NCBI RefSeq assembly: GCF_913776045.1
Contig: NZ_CAJYOI010000006.1
Length of the DNA: 64,000 bases
Direction: 5' to 3' (one strand)
DNA from: an uncultured Sphingomonas sp.
GTDB taxonomy: Bacteria; Pseudomonadota; Alphaproteobacteria; Sphingomonadales; Sphingomonadaceae
The notes under the pieces were generated by a model that did no database searches, was not told the DNA's origin, and was given only the letters and a program-made list of their open reading frames with translations. Every line of letters begins with the position of its first letter. Position 1 is the first letter of the stretch. Shown here piece after piece: positions 49,805-59,456 of the stretch. Position numbers and translations under genes: made by a program.

Positions 49805-50106
49805 GTGCGGCAGCGCGCACGCTGCGCGCTGACTCGCACGAGCACGGCCGGCGAACGAAGTTCGGCCGACGGCGTGGGCTTTGCCCACGCCTTTTTTACG
49901 CCGTGCGGCGGCGCGCACGCTGCGCGCCGACTCGCACAAGATCGGCCGGCGGGTGTAACCCGGCCGACGGCGTGGGCTTTGCCCACGCCTTTTTTTATCC
50001 GGCGCTTGGGCAGAATCAGGGCGACGGCAAAGCCGCCGACGTCGGCCGGGCTATGCCCGCCGGCCGTGCTGGCGCGAGTCTGCCGGCGGCACGCCGGCTG
50101 CCGCGC
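49805..50106. repeat. Three copies of an 87-nt three-hairpin element (two tandem on +, one inverted)
   Basis: Units 49805-49891(+), 49903-49989(+), 50020-50106(-); + units end in GGCGTGGGC-TTT-GCCCACGCC-T6/T7. Confidence 0.85.
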
Positions 50107-50689
50107 TGCGCAGCAAAAACACTGCATGCTCCGCCCGAAAATTCGCCGCCGCCGCACTGGTCGCCACACCGCGATTCAAAAACCACGCCCCCTCCACCAC
50201 GATCCCCCGCGTGTCCACGAACGCCCGGAAGTCGTCGATCGTCACATGGTGAATATTCGGCGTCTCATACCACTCCAGCGGCAGCAGCTTCGTCACCGGC
50301 ATCCGCCCGCCCCACAAAAGCGACGCGCGCACCCGCCAGTGCGCGAAGTTGGGGAACGACACGAAGGCCCGCGTGCCGATCCGCAGCAACTGCTCCAGCA
50401 CGACATGCGGCCGCATCGTCGTCTGCAACGTCTGGCTGAGGATCGCGTAATCGAACGCCGCATCGGGGTAATCGGCCAGATCGGTGTTGGCATCGCCCTG
50501 CATCACCGACAGCCCACGCTCCAATGCGGTGGCGACGTCATCGGCGTTGAGTTCCAGTCCCCGCGCATCGCAGCCGCGTTCGTCGCGCAGTGCCGCCATC
50601 AGGGCACCGTCCCCGCAGCCGACGTCTAGGATGCGCGAGCCGGCTGCAACGTTCGCCGCGATGATCGCGAGGTCGGGACGCAGGTTCAT
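50051..50689 (-). CDS. metW: Methionine biosynthesis protein MetW
   Basis: [40 protein letters not shown]. Confidence 0.93.
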   Translation of the reverse strand: MNLRPDLAIIAANVAAGSRILDVGCGDGALMAALRDERGCDARGLELNADDVATALERGLSVMQGDANTDLADYPDAAFDYAILSQTLQTTMRPHVVLEQLLRIGTRAFVSFPNFAHWRVRASLLWGGRMPVTKLLPLEWYETPNIHHVTIDDFRAFVDTRGIVVEGAWFLNRGVATSAAAANFRAEHAVFLLRSAAAGVPPADSRQHGRRA

Positions 50690-51795
50690 GCCGCCGCTCC
50701 CAGGAAGCCCGCGATAACCCGGTCTAGCGCCGAATTCTCCAGCAGGAAGGCGTCGTGCCCGAACGGCGACGACAGCTCGACGAAGCTTGCCGGTGCGCCC
50801 GCTGCGTTCAGCGCGTGGACGATGCTGCGCGATTCTGCGGTCGGGTACAGCCAGTCGGTGTCGAAGCTGACGACACAGAACCGCGCTTTCGCGTGCCGGA
50901 ACGCGCTGGCCAGATGCCCGCCATGTTCCTCGGCAAGATCGAAATAATCGAGCGCGCGGGTAATGTAGAGGTAGCTGTTGGCGTCGAACCGGTCGGTGAA
51001 CGACAGACCCTGGTGACGCAGATAGCTTTCGACCTGGAAATCGGCGTCGAAGCCGAACGTCTTAGCGGTGCGGTCCTGCAGCGAGCGGCCGAATTTGGCG
51101 GTCAGCCCCGCCTCGGACAGATAGGTGATGTGCGCCGCCATCCGCGCGACGGCCAGGCCCGCGGTGGGCGGGGCGCCGTCGTAATAGGCGCCGTTTGCCC
51201 AATTCGGATCGGCCATGATCGCCTGGCGGCCGACTTCGTGGAACGCGATGTTCTGCGCCGAATGCCGCGCGGCGCTCGCCAGCACGACGCAAGCGCGCAG
51301 CCGGTCTGGGAAGGTCGCCGCCCAGCTCAACGCCTGCATGCCCCCCATCGACCCGCCGACGACGGCGGCCAGCGTACGGATGCCGAGATGGTCGACCAGC
51401 AACCCTTGCGCGCGCACCATGTCGCGGATGGTGATGACCGGGAAACTCATGCCGTAGGGCCGCCCGGTCGCCGGGTCGATGCTCGCCGGGCCGGAGGAGC
51501 CGAGACAGCTGCCGATGACGTTCGAGCAGATGACGAACCAGCGGTCGGTGTCGATCGGCTTGCCCGGCCCCACCATGCGGACCCACCAGCCGGGCTTGCC
51601 GGTGCGCGGATGGGCCGAGGCAAGATGCTGGTCGCCGGTCAGCGCATGGCAGACCAGGATGGCGTTCGACGCATCGGCGTTCAGCGTGCCGTAGGTTTCG
51701 TACGCGACCTCGACCGACGCGAGGCTCCCGCCGCTGTCGAGCGCGAGCGTGCCGAGTGCGGCTTTGCGGTCGAGGCCATAGCGGGGGTCGGTCAT
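50686..51795 (-). CDS. metX: Homoserine O-acetyltransferase
   Basis: [33 protein letters not shown]. Confidence 0.96.
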   Translation of the reverse strand: MTDPRYGLDRKAALGTLALDSGGSLASVEVAYETYGTLNADASNAILVCHALTGDQHLASAHPRTGKPGWWVRMVGPGKPIDTDRWFVICSNVIGSCLGSSGPASIDPATGRPYGMSFPVITIRDMVRAQGLLVDHLGIRTLAAVVGGSMGGMQALSWAATFPDRLRACVVLASAARHSAQNIAFHEVGRQAIMADPNWANGAYYDGAPPTAGLAVARMAAHITYLSEAGLTAKFGRSLQDRTAKTFGFDADFQVESYLRHQGLSFTDRFDANSYLYITRALDYFDLAEEHGGHLASAFRHAKARFCVVSFDTDWLYPTAESRSIVHALNAAGAPASFVELSSPFGHDAFLLENSALDRVIAGFLGAAA

Positions 51796-51830
51796 GGGCG
51801 GGGCTTTGGCATGGATGGGGGCTGGCTAAC

Positions 51831-51968
51831 AATCCTCCCCGCTCGTGGAGAGTAGGACCGCCGCCGAAGGCGGTGGGGGAGGGGGCGTGCCGCAAAGGTT
51901 ACCGCTCGCGGAGATCCCCCTCCACCAGCCTGCGGCTGGTCCCCCTCCCCGTGCCGGGGGAGGAGATT
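51831..51968. repeat. REP-like inverted repeat element (family C)
   Basis: AATCCTCCCC...GGAGGGGG left arm / CCCCCTCCACCAGCCTGCGGCTGGTCCCCCTCCCCGTGCCGGGGGAGGAGATT right arm. Confidence 0.7.
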
Positions 51969-53535
51969 ATCCCATCCGCCGCGCGGGTGCCCGCGCGGCG
52001 ATGATCGCTTGTGCCGCCAGGCGCCCGGTCTGCGCGCCGCCGTTCATGTAGCCGGGATAGGCGTCGGACAGATGTTCGCCCGCGAAATAGACCGGGCCGG
52101 CGGACAGCGGCACCGATGCGATGCCGTTGGCTTCGGTCCAGATCAGCTCGGCGAACTTGGTCAGCTGGCCCGGGCGGAAGTTGACGTAGCCGCCGCGGGT
52201 GAAGGGTTCTTCGTGCCAGTTGGTGCGGCGGACGGGGCCGTCCAGTGCGGCGCTGAGGCCCGGGATCGCGCGGTCCGCCATCCGCGCCCAGCGCTGGCTA
52301 AGCGCGCGCGCATCGGGCAGGTCGGCGGCGCGGACTTCGTTGCCGCCGGTGAACCAGGTCCACACGCTGCCCGGGCCCGTCGTCGGGCGCACGCCGCCGT
52401 CCCAGCCGAGCGAGGCGCCGGCGTCGTGATCGACCTGCCATATCTCGCCACCGCGGCCCATCGGGCCTTCCCACGGCCGTTTCGACGCGATCGCCTGCAG
52501 CTTGCCGTTCAGGCCCAGACCGACTTCGGCGATGAACTGGCGCCATTTGGGCGGCAGCGGCAGAGCATAGTCGATGCGGCTCATGATCGACGCCGGCATG
52601 GTGACGATGACCGCGCCGGCATCGAACGTCTCGCCGTTGGAAAAGGTCAGCCGAGCCCCGCCGCCGGTCCTCGGCGCGATCCGCGTCGCGCGGCGATAGA
52701 GGGTGATGCGCCGCGCGAGCCGCGCGCCCATCGCCTCGACCAGCGCGCTCGATCCGCCGGCCATGACATAGCGTTCGTCGCTGCGGCTGAGCACGTCGAT
52801 CCGCTTGCCGTCGACGTACGGAAGGTTGAAGACCAGCTCGAGCGCGGACGCCTGGTCGGGCTCGACGCCATATTCGGTGCGCGCGGTCGCCTCCATCAGC
52901 GCGCGCGCGAAGCCCTGCGGCATCAGTTTTGCGTAGCGATCGAGATAACCGGTGAACGACATCCGATCGAGCTCGGCCGACACGGTCGCATAGTCGCGGT
53001 CGAGCCGGGCGGCATCGGCGTCGATCTGGCCGGCGATACCGCGCAGGCCGGCGATCAGCCGCTCGCGTGGGATATCGGTCGCACCGTCGATGACCAGCGT
53101 GCGGTGCGGCGCGCCCTTGCGATCGGTCAGCGTCACGCCGAATTGGCGGCACAGGTCGGTGATGTCGCGGTGGTCGGAATTGACGAACTGACCGCCCATT
53201 TCCAGCGCCGGCTGGCCTGCCGTGCGGACGGTCAGCATCCGCCCGCCGAGCCGGGTACGCGCCTCGAACAGCCGCGCCTCGATACCGGCCTGGGTCAGGT
53301 GATAGAGCGCCGAGAGGCCGGCGATCCCGCCGCCGATGATCGCAACCGGGCCGGCGGGGGCAGCGCGTGCGGGGCGGGGGAGCGCGCTCGCGACCGCGGT
53401 CGCCGCGACTGCCGCGATCAGCTGGCGGCGGGACAGACCGTCGGCGCCCGGCACGGGCAGCGCTTCGCCGCGGTCGCGCAGGTTCGCCTGTCGCGCCGCC
53501 TCCAACGCCTGCCAGAAAGCTGTCGGTCCCCGCAT
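51967..53535 (-). CDS. Flavin monoamine oxidase family FAD-dependent oxidoreductase, Tat-like motif
   Basis: SRRQLI + h-region + ARA, IIGGGIAGL, EARTRLGGR, YFAGEH..YMNGGAQTG; start could be 53550. Confidence 0.85.
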   Translation of the reverse strand: MRGPTAFWQALEAARQANLRDRGEALPVPGADGLSRRQLIAAVAATAVASALPRPARAAPAGPVAIIGGGIAGLSALYHLTQAGIEARLFEARTRLGGRMLTVRTAGQPALEMGGQFVNSDHRDITDLCRQFGVTLTDRKGAPHRTLVIDGATDIPRERLIAGLRGIAGQIDADAARLDRDYATVSAELDRMSFTGYLDRYAKLMPQGFARALMEATARTEYGVEPDQASALELVFNLPYVDGKRIDVLSRSDERYVMAGGSSALVEAMGARLARRITLYRRATRIAPRTGGGARLTFSNGETFDAGAVIVTMPASIMSRIDYALPLPPKWRQFIAEVGLGLNGKLQAIASKRPWEGPMGRGGEIWQVDHDAGASLGWDGGVRPTTGPGSVWTWFTGGNEVRAADLPDARALSQRWARMADRAIPGLSAALDGPVRRTNWHEEPFTRGGYVNFRPGQLTKFAELIWTEANGIASVPLSAGPVYFAGEHLSDAYPGYMNGGAQTGRLAAQAIIAARAPARRMG

Positions 53536-53614
53536 TAACCATACCCCCATCCCCGCGGTGTCATAAAGTCGCGCGCTTGCCAAGGCGCCACGCGGCGGCG
53601 ATAGCGCTGGCGCT

Positions 53615-54709
53615 ATGACCGCACCCGCTCCCAAGCCCTGGATCATGGGCATCGCGCCGTACATTCCCGGCCGCAGCACCACCGACGACGGCCGGAAGGT
53701 CGTGAAACTGTCGTCGAACGAAAATCCGCTCGGCACCAGCCCGGCCGCGCGCGCGGCGTTTGCCAGCACCGCCGGGCAGCTGGAGCGCTATCCGGATGCC
53801 GGCGCCAGCGAACTGCGCGAGACGCTGGCCGCGCGCCACGGGCTCGACGCGTCGCGGATCATCTACGGCAACGGGTCGGACGAAGTGCTCCACTTGGCTG
53901 CGGGCGCCTTCGCCGGTCCCGGCGACGAAGTGATCTACGTTCGCTACGGCTTTGCGGTGTACGAGATCGCGACGCGCCGGGTGGGCGCAACGCCCGTGAT
54001 CGCGCCCGACAAGGATTATGCGACCGATGTGGAAGCGATCCTGGCCGCGGTGACCGATCGCACGAAAATCGTCTTCGTCGCCAACCCGAACAACCCGACC
54101 GGCACCTATTCGACCCGCGAGGAGATCGCGCGGCTGCATGCGGGCCTGCGCGAGGACATCCTGCTCGTCCTCGACCACGCCTATGCCGAATATATCGAAG
54201 GCGATGCCGAGGATGGCGGCATGGCGCTCGCCGCCCGCGCGTCGAACGTGCTGGTCACGCGCACCTTCTCCAAGATGTATGGCCTGGCCGCCGAACGGAT
54301 CGGCTGGGGCTATGCGGCGGCACCGATCATCGAGGCGATGCACCGCATCCGTCTGCCGTTTTCGATTACCATCGCCGGTACCGCGGCGGCGGTCGCCGCG
54401 CTGGGCGACCGCGAGTTCGTCGAGAACACCCGCGATCACAATGCGCGCTGGCGGGCGTGGTTCTCCGAAGAGGTCGGCAAGCTTGGCAATGCAGGGCTTC
54501 GCGCCGTGCCGAGCCAGGCGAACTTCGTGCTGGTCCTGTTCGAAGGCGACCTGACCGCTGAGGTGGCGTACAAGGGTCTCATGGACGCGGGCTACATCGT
54601 CCGCTGGCTGCCGGGGCAGGGTCTGCCGCACGGGTTGCGCATCACCATCGGGACCGAGGACGAAACGCGCGGCGTGATGGCGGCGCTGCGGGACCTCGCA
54701 GGCGCCTGA
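53615..54709 (+). CDS. hisC: Histidinol-phosphate aminotransferase
   Basis: [34 protein letters not shown]. Confidence 0.95.
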   Translation: MTAPAPKPWIMGIAPYIPGRSTTDDGRKVVKLSSNENPLGTSPAARAAFASTAGQLERYPDAGASELRETLAARHGLDASRIIYGNGSDEVLHLAAGAFAGPGDEVIYVRYGFAVYEIATRRVGATPVIAPDKDYATDVEAILAAVTDRTKIVFVANPNNPTGTYSTREEIARLHAGLREDILLVLDHAYAEYIEGDAEDGGMALAARASNVLVTRTFSKMYGLAAERIGWGYAAAPIIEAMHRIRLPFSITIAGTAAAVAALGDREFVENTRDHNARWRAWFSEEVGKLGNAGLRAVPSQANFVLVLFEGDLTAEVAYKGLMDAGYIVRWLPGQGLPHGLRITIGTEDETRGVMAALRDLAGA

Positions 54710-55620
54710 TGCTGCCGTTCGCGCGCGTTGCCGTCCTCGGGCTCGGGCTGATCGGATCGTCGGTCGCCCGCGGCGTGCGCGCGAGCATGCCGAGCGTCGC
54801 GCTGACCGGCTACGACGTCGATCCGCAGGTGCGCGAGACGGCGCGCGCGATCGATCTGGTCGACGACGTCGCCGACACCGCCGGCGCGGCGGTGATCGAC
54901 GCCGATCTGGTCATCCTGTGCGTGCCGGTCGGCGCGATGGGCGCGCTTGCCGTCGAATTCGCCGACGACTTGGCCCGAGAAGCGATCGTCAGCGACGTCG
55001 GATCGTGCAAGGCGAGCGTCGTCGAGGCGCTGACCGCTGCGCTGCCCGGCGCGACGATCGTGCCCGCACACCCGGTCGCGGGTACCGAGAAGAGCGGGCC
55101 GGAGGCAGGCTTCGCCTCGCTGTTCCACAAGCGCTGGTGCATCGTCACCCCCGCGCCCGGCAGCCCCGACGTGGCGGTCGAGCGGGTCAGCGAATTCTGG
55201 CGCCGGCTGGGTGCGGACGTCGAGATCATGGAGCCCGAGCATCACGACCGCGTGCTAGCCGTCACCAGCCACCTGCCGCACCTGATCGCCTATACGATCG
55301 TCGGCACCGCCAGCGATCTGGAGGAAGTGACGTCGAGCGAGGTCATCAAATATTCGGCCGGGGGTTTTCGCGACTTCACCCGCATCGCCGCGTCCGATCC
55401 GACGATGTGGCGCGACGTGTTCCTGGCCAACCGCGACGCCGTGCTCGACATGCTCCAGCGCTTTTCGGAAGATCTGTCCGAGCTGCAGCGCGCGATCCGC
55501 TGGGGCAAGGGCGACCAGCTGTTCGACACCTTCACCCGGACGCGCGCCGTGCGGCGGTCGATCATCGAGCAGGGCCAGGACGACGCGCGCGCCGATTTCG
55601 GGCGGTCGGATCACCAGTAG
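54709..55620 (+). CDS. tyrA: Prephenate/arogenate dehydrogenase
   Basis: LGLGLIGSS, AHPVAGTEKSG, HDRVLAVTSHLPHL. Confidence 0.92.
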   Translation: MLPFARVAVLGLGLIGSSVARGVRASMPSVALTGYDVDPQVRETARAIDLVDDVADTAGAAVIDADLVILCVPVGAMGALAVEFADDLAREAIVSDVGSCKASVVEALTAALPGATIVPAHPVAGTEKSGPEAGFASLFHKRWCIVTPAPGSPDVAVERVSEFWRRLGADVEIMEPEHHDRVLAVTSHLPHLIAYTIVGTASDLEEVTSSEVIKYSAGGFRDFTRIAASDPTMWRDVFLANRDAVLDMLQRFSEDLSELQRAIRWGKGDQLFDTFTRTRAVRRSIIEQGQDDARADFGRSDHQ

Positions 55621-55656
55621 CCCACCTTGCTCCCGCCTGCGCGCGGGCACGGCGGG

Positions 55657-56352
55657 TTAGGTGGCAGCCTCCAACGCATTGATCGCCGCATGCACCTTCG
55701 CCTCGATTTCGCGGCGGGGCAGGCCGGTCGGGATTTCTTCCTGAAAGGCGAAGTGGATAACGCCGTTCGGCACCTTCGGCCCGGTCTTCGGCCACGCGAC
55801 GCCGCTGTCGATCGCGATCGGCACGACGGGCAGCCCCAACGCACGGTAGAGGCCCGAGAAGCCGGGCTTCATCGGCGGTGTCTCGCCCGGTTTCACGCGG
55901 GTACCTTCGGGAAAGATCACGACCGACCGGCCTTCCGCCTTCGCCGCCTCGGCCGCGCGCAGCATCGCCCGCATCGCAGCACCCGATCCGCTGCGATCGA
56001 CGGTGATCATGCCGTAGCGTTGCGCCGCCCAGCCCCACAGCGGAATGCGCGCGAGCTCCTGCTTCATCACGATGACGGGCGAATCGAGCATCGCGACCAG
56101 CTCGAACGTCTCGAACATCGCCTGGTGCTTGGCCGGGTAGAGCGCAGGACCCGACGGAATCGTCCCGGTCTGGCAAATCCGGATGTTCAGGCACAGCCGC
56201 GCGCAATGCCGGTTGTACCGCGTCCAGGATCGCACCCAGGCGCGCAGCACGCGGGGGCCCAGCGCCGCCATGATCGGGGTCGCCAGCACATAGGGCACCG
56301 ACCCGCTGAAGAAGAGGACGTTGAACGCCCAGGTGCGCAGTCTCGCCAGCAT
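55657..56352 (-). CDS. plsC: 1-acyl-sn-glycerol-3-phosphate acyltransferase
   Basis: KHQAMFET, IFPEGTR. Confidence 0.9.
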   Translation of the reverse strand: MLARLRTWAFNVLFFSGSVPYVLATPIMAALGPRVLRAWVRSWTRYNRHCARLCLNIRICQTGTIPSGPALYPAKHQAMFETFELVAMLDSPVIVMKQELARIPLWGWAAQRYGMITVDRSGSGAAMRAMLRAAEAAKAEGRSVVIFPEGTRVKPGETPPMKPGFSGLYRALGLPVVPIAIDSGVAWPKTGPKVPNGVIHFAFQEEIPTGLPRREIEAKVHAAINALEAAT

Positions 56353-56885
56353 CAATACCCCATCCACAGTGCCGCGCGGCGCACCAGATACTTGTTATAC
56401 TCGCGCACCAGCATCCCGAACGGCGGATCGCTGGGGATGGCGTCGCCGATCACCTCGACATCGCCGGTCAGCGCATGTGCCAGTTCCATCCGCGCGCGTG
56501 GCATGTGCCATTCGGTGGTGACGAGGCGCACGGACTTGTAGCCGTTCTCCGCCAGCCATTCGGCGGTTTCCTCGCCATTCGACCGCGTGTCGACCGCTTC
56601 ATAGCCCAGGTCGATGCAACAGGCGAACAGGCGGCGCGGCACGCGATATTCATGCGCCAGTTCGTTGGGCCGGACGGTCGAATCGGCGCCGGAAATCAGC
56701 ATCCGCTTGGCCGCGCCGGCCTCCATCAGCGACAATCCGCGTGCGACGCGGCCGGCGCCGCCGGTCAGCACGACGATCGCGTCGGTCTTCTCCGGGCCCG
56801 CCGGCTTGCCGAGCGACAGCATGAAGGCGGCGAAGCCCAGCAGATAGGCGAGCGCGATGATCGCCAGGACGCGGATGATCGTCAC
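56352..56885 (-). CDS. YdcF/ElyC (DUF218) family protein
   Basis: DAIVVLTGG, AVDTRSNGEE, LVTTEWHMPRA; GTG start coupled to ftsX. Confidence 0.88.
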   Translation of the reverse strand: MTIIRVLAIIALAYLLGFAAFMLSLGKPAGPEKTDAIVVLTGGAGRVARGLSLMEAGAAKRMLISGADSTVRPNELAHEYRVPRRLFACCIDLGYEAVDTRSNGEETAEWLAENGYKSVRLVTTEWHMPRARMELAHALTGDVEVIGDAIPSDPPFGMLVREYNKYLVRRAALWMGY

Positions 56886-57760
56886 AGCCGCGCCCTCAAC
56901 GTCCTGAGCACCGCGACCCGCGCCGCGATCGTCGCAAGCAGCGCGAACAGCAGCGGCAGCAGCGCGAGCACCGCCCAGGCGCCGATGTCGAGGGTTACGC
57001 CCGACACCAGCACCGAATCGATCGCGGACACCTGCCGGCCGATCAGGAACACCGCCCCCATCGCGGCGATGGTGCCGAAGGTGCCCCCGACCAATGTGTC
57101 GAGCGCGATGCGACGCTGGAACAGGCGCGAGACCTGGACGTCGGTCGACCCCAGCATGTGCAGCACATCGATCGTGTCGCGATGCGTGTCGAGGCCCGCG
57201 CGCGCCGCCAGCAGCACGACGGCCGAGGTCGCGAGCGCCATCAGCACGACAACGCCCGCCGCCAGCCAGGCCAGGCTCGCGATGAAGCTGCGCACCGGCG
57301 CCAGCCACCGCGCCGCGCGGTCGACATGTGCGCCCGGCACCGTCCGGCCGATATTTGCGACGACGGCGTCGGCGGTCGCGGTGCTGCCGTCGGCCAGCGT
57401 CACGTCGATCATAACCGGCATCGGCAGGTCGGCGTCGAGTCCGGCGTCGCCCAGCCACGGGCGGACGAGCTCGACCAATTGTTCGCGCGGCACGATTCCG
57501 ACGTCGCGAACGCCGCCCTGGCGGCGCAAGCCATCGGCGACCTCGGTCGCGCGGGCGGCATCGGCGCCGATCAGCTGGACGGTCAGGCGCCCGGCAAGCT
57601 GGCGATCCAGGCTGGTCACCCCCGCCCACGTGCCCAGCCCCAGCGCGGCGGCGAGCACGGTCAGGAACAGCATGACCGCCATCACCCAGCCCATCGCGCG
57701 CGTCCTGCGTCCGTCATCGAGCAGCGCGCGGCGGGCCGCACCGGCAGCGGACGTACTCAT
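56882..57760 (-). CDS. ftsX: Cell division permease
   Basis: Four TMs, LHMLGSTD..VSRLFQRR; coupled to ftsE. Confidence 0.88.
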   Translation of the reverse strand: MSTSAAGAARRALLDDGRRTRAMGWVMAVMLFLTVLAAALGLGTWAGVTSLDRQLAGRLTVQLIGADAARATEVADGLRRQGGVRDVGIVPREQLVELVRPWLGDAGLDADLPMPVMIDVTLADGSTATADAVVANIGRTVPGAHVDRAARWLAPVRSFIASLAWLAAGVVVLMALATSAVVLLAARAGLDTHRDTIDVLHMLGSTDVQVSRLFQRRIALDTLVGGTFGTIAAMGAVFLIGRQVSAIDSVLVSGVTLDIGAWAVLALLPLLFALLATIAARVAVLRTLRARL

Positions 57761-58461
57761 GCGCCGCGCGCCGGCGGGTTGCGCAGCGCGCCGGTCGGGT
57801 CGAGCAGCCGTCCGCCCTCGATCCGCATCAGCTGCGCGCCGTCGATCCGGCCGAGCAGCCCCAGATCGTGGGTCGCGACGACGACGGTGGTGCCCAGGCG
57901 ATTGAGCCCCTCGAACAAATGGATCAGCCGCGCCGCCATCTTGGGATCGACGTTGCCGGTCGGTTCGTCGGCGACAAGCATTTCTGGGCGGCCGATGACG
58001 GCGCGGGCGATCGCGACGCGCTGCTGCTCGCCACCCGACAGCGTTTCCGGCCGGGCGTTCGCGCGATCGGCGAGGCCGACCCAGGCGAGCATTTCGCGCA
58101 CCGGCGTCTCGATATCGCCTTCCGACACCCCGGCAACGCGCAGGGGAAGGGCGATGTTGTCGGCCGCGGACAGATGCGGGACCAGGCGGAAATCCTGGAA
58201 CACGACGCCGATACGCCGGCGGAAACCGGGTAAGCGGTCGCGCGGCAGCATCACCGCATCCTCGCCGAACAGCCGGATGATGCCGCGGGTCGGTCGCTGC
58301 GCCAGGTAAAGGAGCTTCAGCAGCGACGTCTTTCCCGCGCCGCTGGCGCCCGTCAGAAAATAGAAGCCGCCCGCCGCCAGCGCGAAGCTGACGTCGATCA
58401 GCGTCTCGGGACCCGTCCCGTAACGCAGGCCGACATTCTCGAACTGGACGATGTTGGCCAT
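57757..58461 (-). CDS. ftsE: Cell division ATP-binding protein
   Basis: GASGAGKT, RRIGVVFQDFRL, LSGGEQQR, VADEPTGNVD. Confidence 0.95.
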   Translation of the reverse strand: MANIVQFENVGLRYGTGPETLIDVSFALAAGGFYFLTGASGAGKTSLLKLLYLAQRPTRGIIRLFGEDAVMLPRDRLPGFRRRIGVVFQDFRLVPHLSAADNIALPLRVAGVSEGDIETPVREMLAWVGLADRANARPETLSGGEQQRVAIARAVIGRPEMLVADEPTGNVDPKMAARLIHLFEGLNRLGTTVVVATHDLGLLGRIDGAQLMRIEGGRLLDPTGALRNPPARGA

Positions 58462-58530
58462 GCCGGCGGCCGAATTCCTCAATCGGGACGTGGGACCAAG
58501 CCATCGCACAGGGGCGGGCGGCGCTCAAGC

Positions 58531-58550
58531 TGTGGATAAGCCTGTTCACA
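58531..58550. promoter_or_regulatory. DnaA box pair in ftsE/zitP divergent promoter
   Basis: Perfect TGTGGATAA plus inverted weak box CTGTTCACA 2 nt away. Confidence 0.6.
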
Positions 58551-58634
58551 GCCCTTGCCCGCGACTCGTGGAAATGCTTAAGATTCGGCCAATTCGAGCA
58601 CGTGTTTTTTGGCTCACAGGGGGAAGTTCGTCAC

Positions 58635-59417
58635 ATGATCCTCGAATGCACGCAATGCAGCTCGCGGTATCTGGTGCCGGATACCGCCATCGGCCCCGAT
58701 GGCCGTACCGTGCGCTGCGCGAACTGCCGCCACAGCTGGTTCCAGCCGCCGGCGATGATGGACCTGTCCGCCGCGACCCGCGCCGCGGCGTATGAGCCGG
58801 AAGCGCCCGCACCGCAGCCCGTGGCCGCGGCGCCGATTCCCGCGCCGGCGGCCCCGATCGAGGCACCGCGCGCCGCCGAGAGCCAGCCGCTGCCGCGTCC
58901 GGCAATGACGCGGACCTTCGACGACACCTTGGTCGAACCCCGCCCGCAATATGACGCCTTCGCCCACCGCCCGCCGTTCAAGCCGCGCACCAACCCGGCG
59001 CGCCGCTGGACCGCCGCAGCGTTGGTCGCGGGCTGCTCGATGCTGCTGGGTGTCGGCGCCATCCTCTATTCGGGTGCGCCCGGCATCGCCGCACAGCTTG
59101 GCCTGCCGGTCGGCACTGCCGAGACGCCGCTCAAATTCACGGGCGAAGCGATCGAACGCCGCGACATGGGTACCGGCAGCGAGCTGTTCGCGGTCAGCGG
59201 CACGATCGTGAACCCGACAGGCGCCGCCCAGCGCGTGCCCGACGTGCGCGTCGCGCTGCTCGATGCGCAGGGGCGGGTCGTCTACAACTGGACCGTAACG
59301 CCCAAGCAGCGCACGCTGGGCCCGAACGCCTCGGTCGGCTTCGCCAGCGGGCGCACCGACGTGCCAGCGAATTCGAAGATGCTCAGCCTCAGCTTCGCGC
59401 AGGGGATAGAGGGCTGA
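58635..59417 (+). CDS. zitP: Zinc-finger (MJ0042-type) + TM + DUF3426 protein, ZitP-like
   Basis: MILECTQCSSRY...VRCANCRHSW, Pro/Ala linker, one TM, C-terminal beta domain; divergent from ftsE. Confidence 0.7.
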   Translation: MILECTQCSSRYLVPDTAIGPDGRTVRCANCRHSWFQPPAMMDLSAATRAAAYEPEAPAPQPVAAAPIPAPAAPIEAPRAAESQPLPRPAMTRTFDDTLVEPRPQYDAFAHRPPFKPRTNPARRWTAAALVAGCSMLLGVGAILYSGAPGIAAQLGLPVGTAETPLKFTGEAIERRDMGTGSELFAVSGTIVNPTGAAQRVPDVRVALLDAQGRVVYNWTVTPKQRTLGPNASVGFASGRTDVPANSKMLSLSFAQGIEG

Positions 59418-59456
59418 TCCGGCCATGGTCCCGCGCAGGTGGGAGCATGAGGGCGC

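Noticed and set aside
49805-49996. Tandem repeats as a possible CRISPR array
   Set aside because: Units are 87 nt with only about 11 nt between them, there are no unique 30-40 nt spacers and no cas genes
51796-51830. SAM riboswitch upstream of metX
   Set aside because: Leader is short and occupied by the repeat element; no SAM-II/SAM-alpha pattern recognisable
58578-58592. Possible CtrA box TTAA-N7-CCAA
   Set aside because: Second half-site has two mismatches; too weak to call
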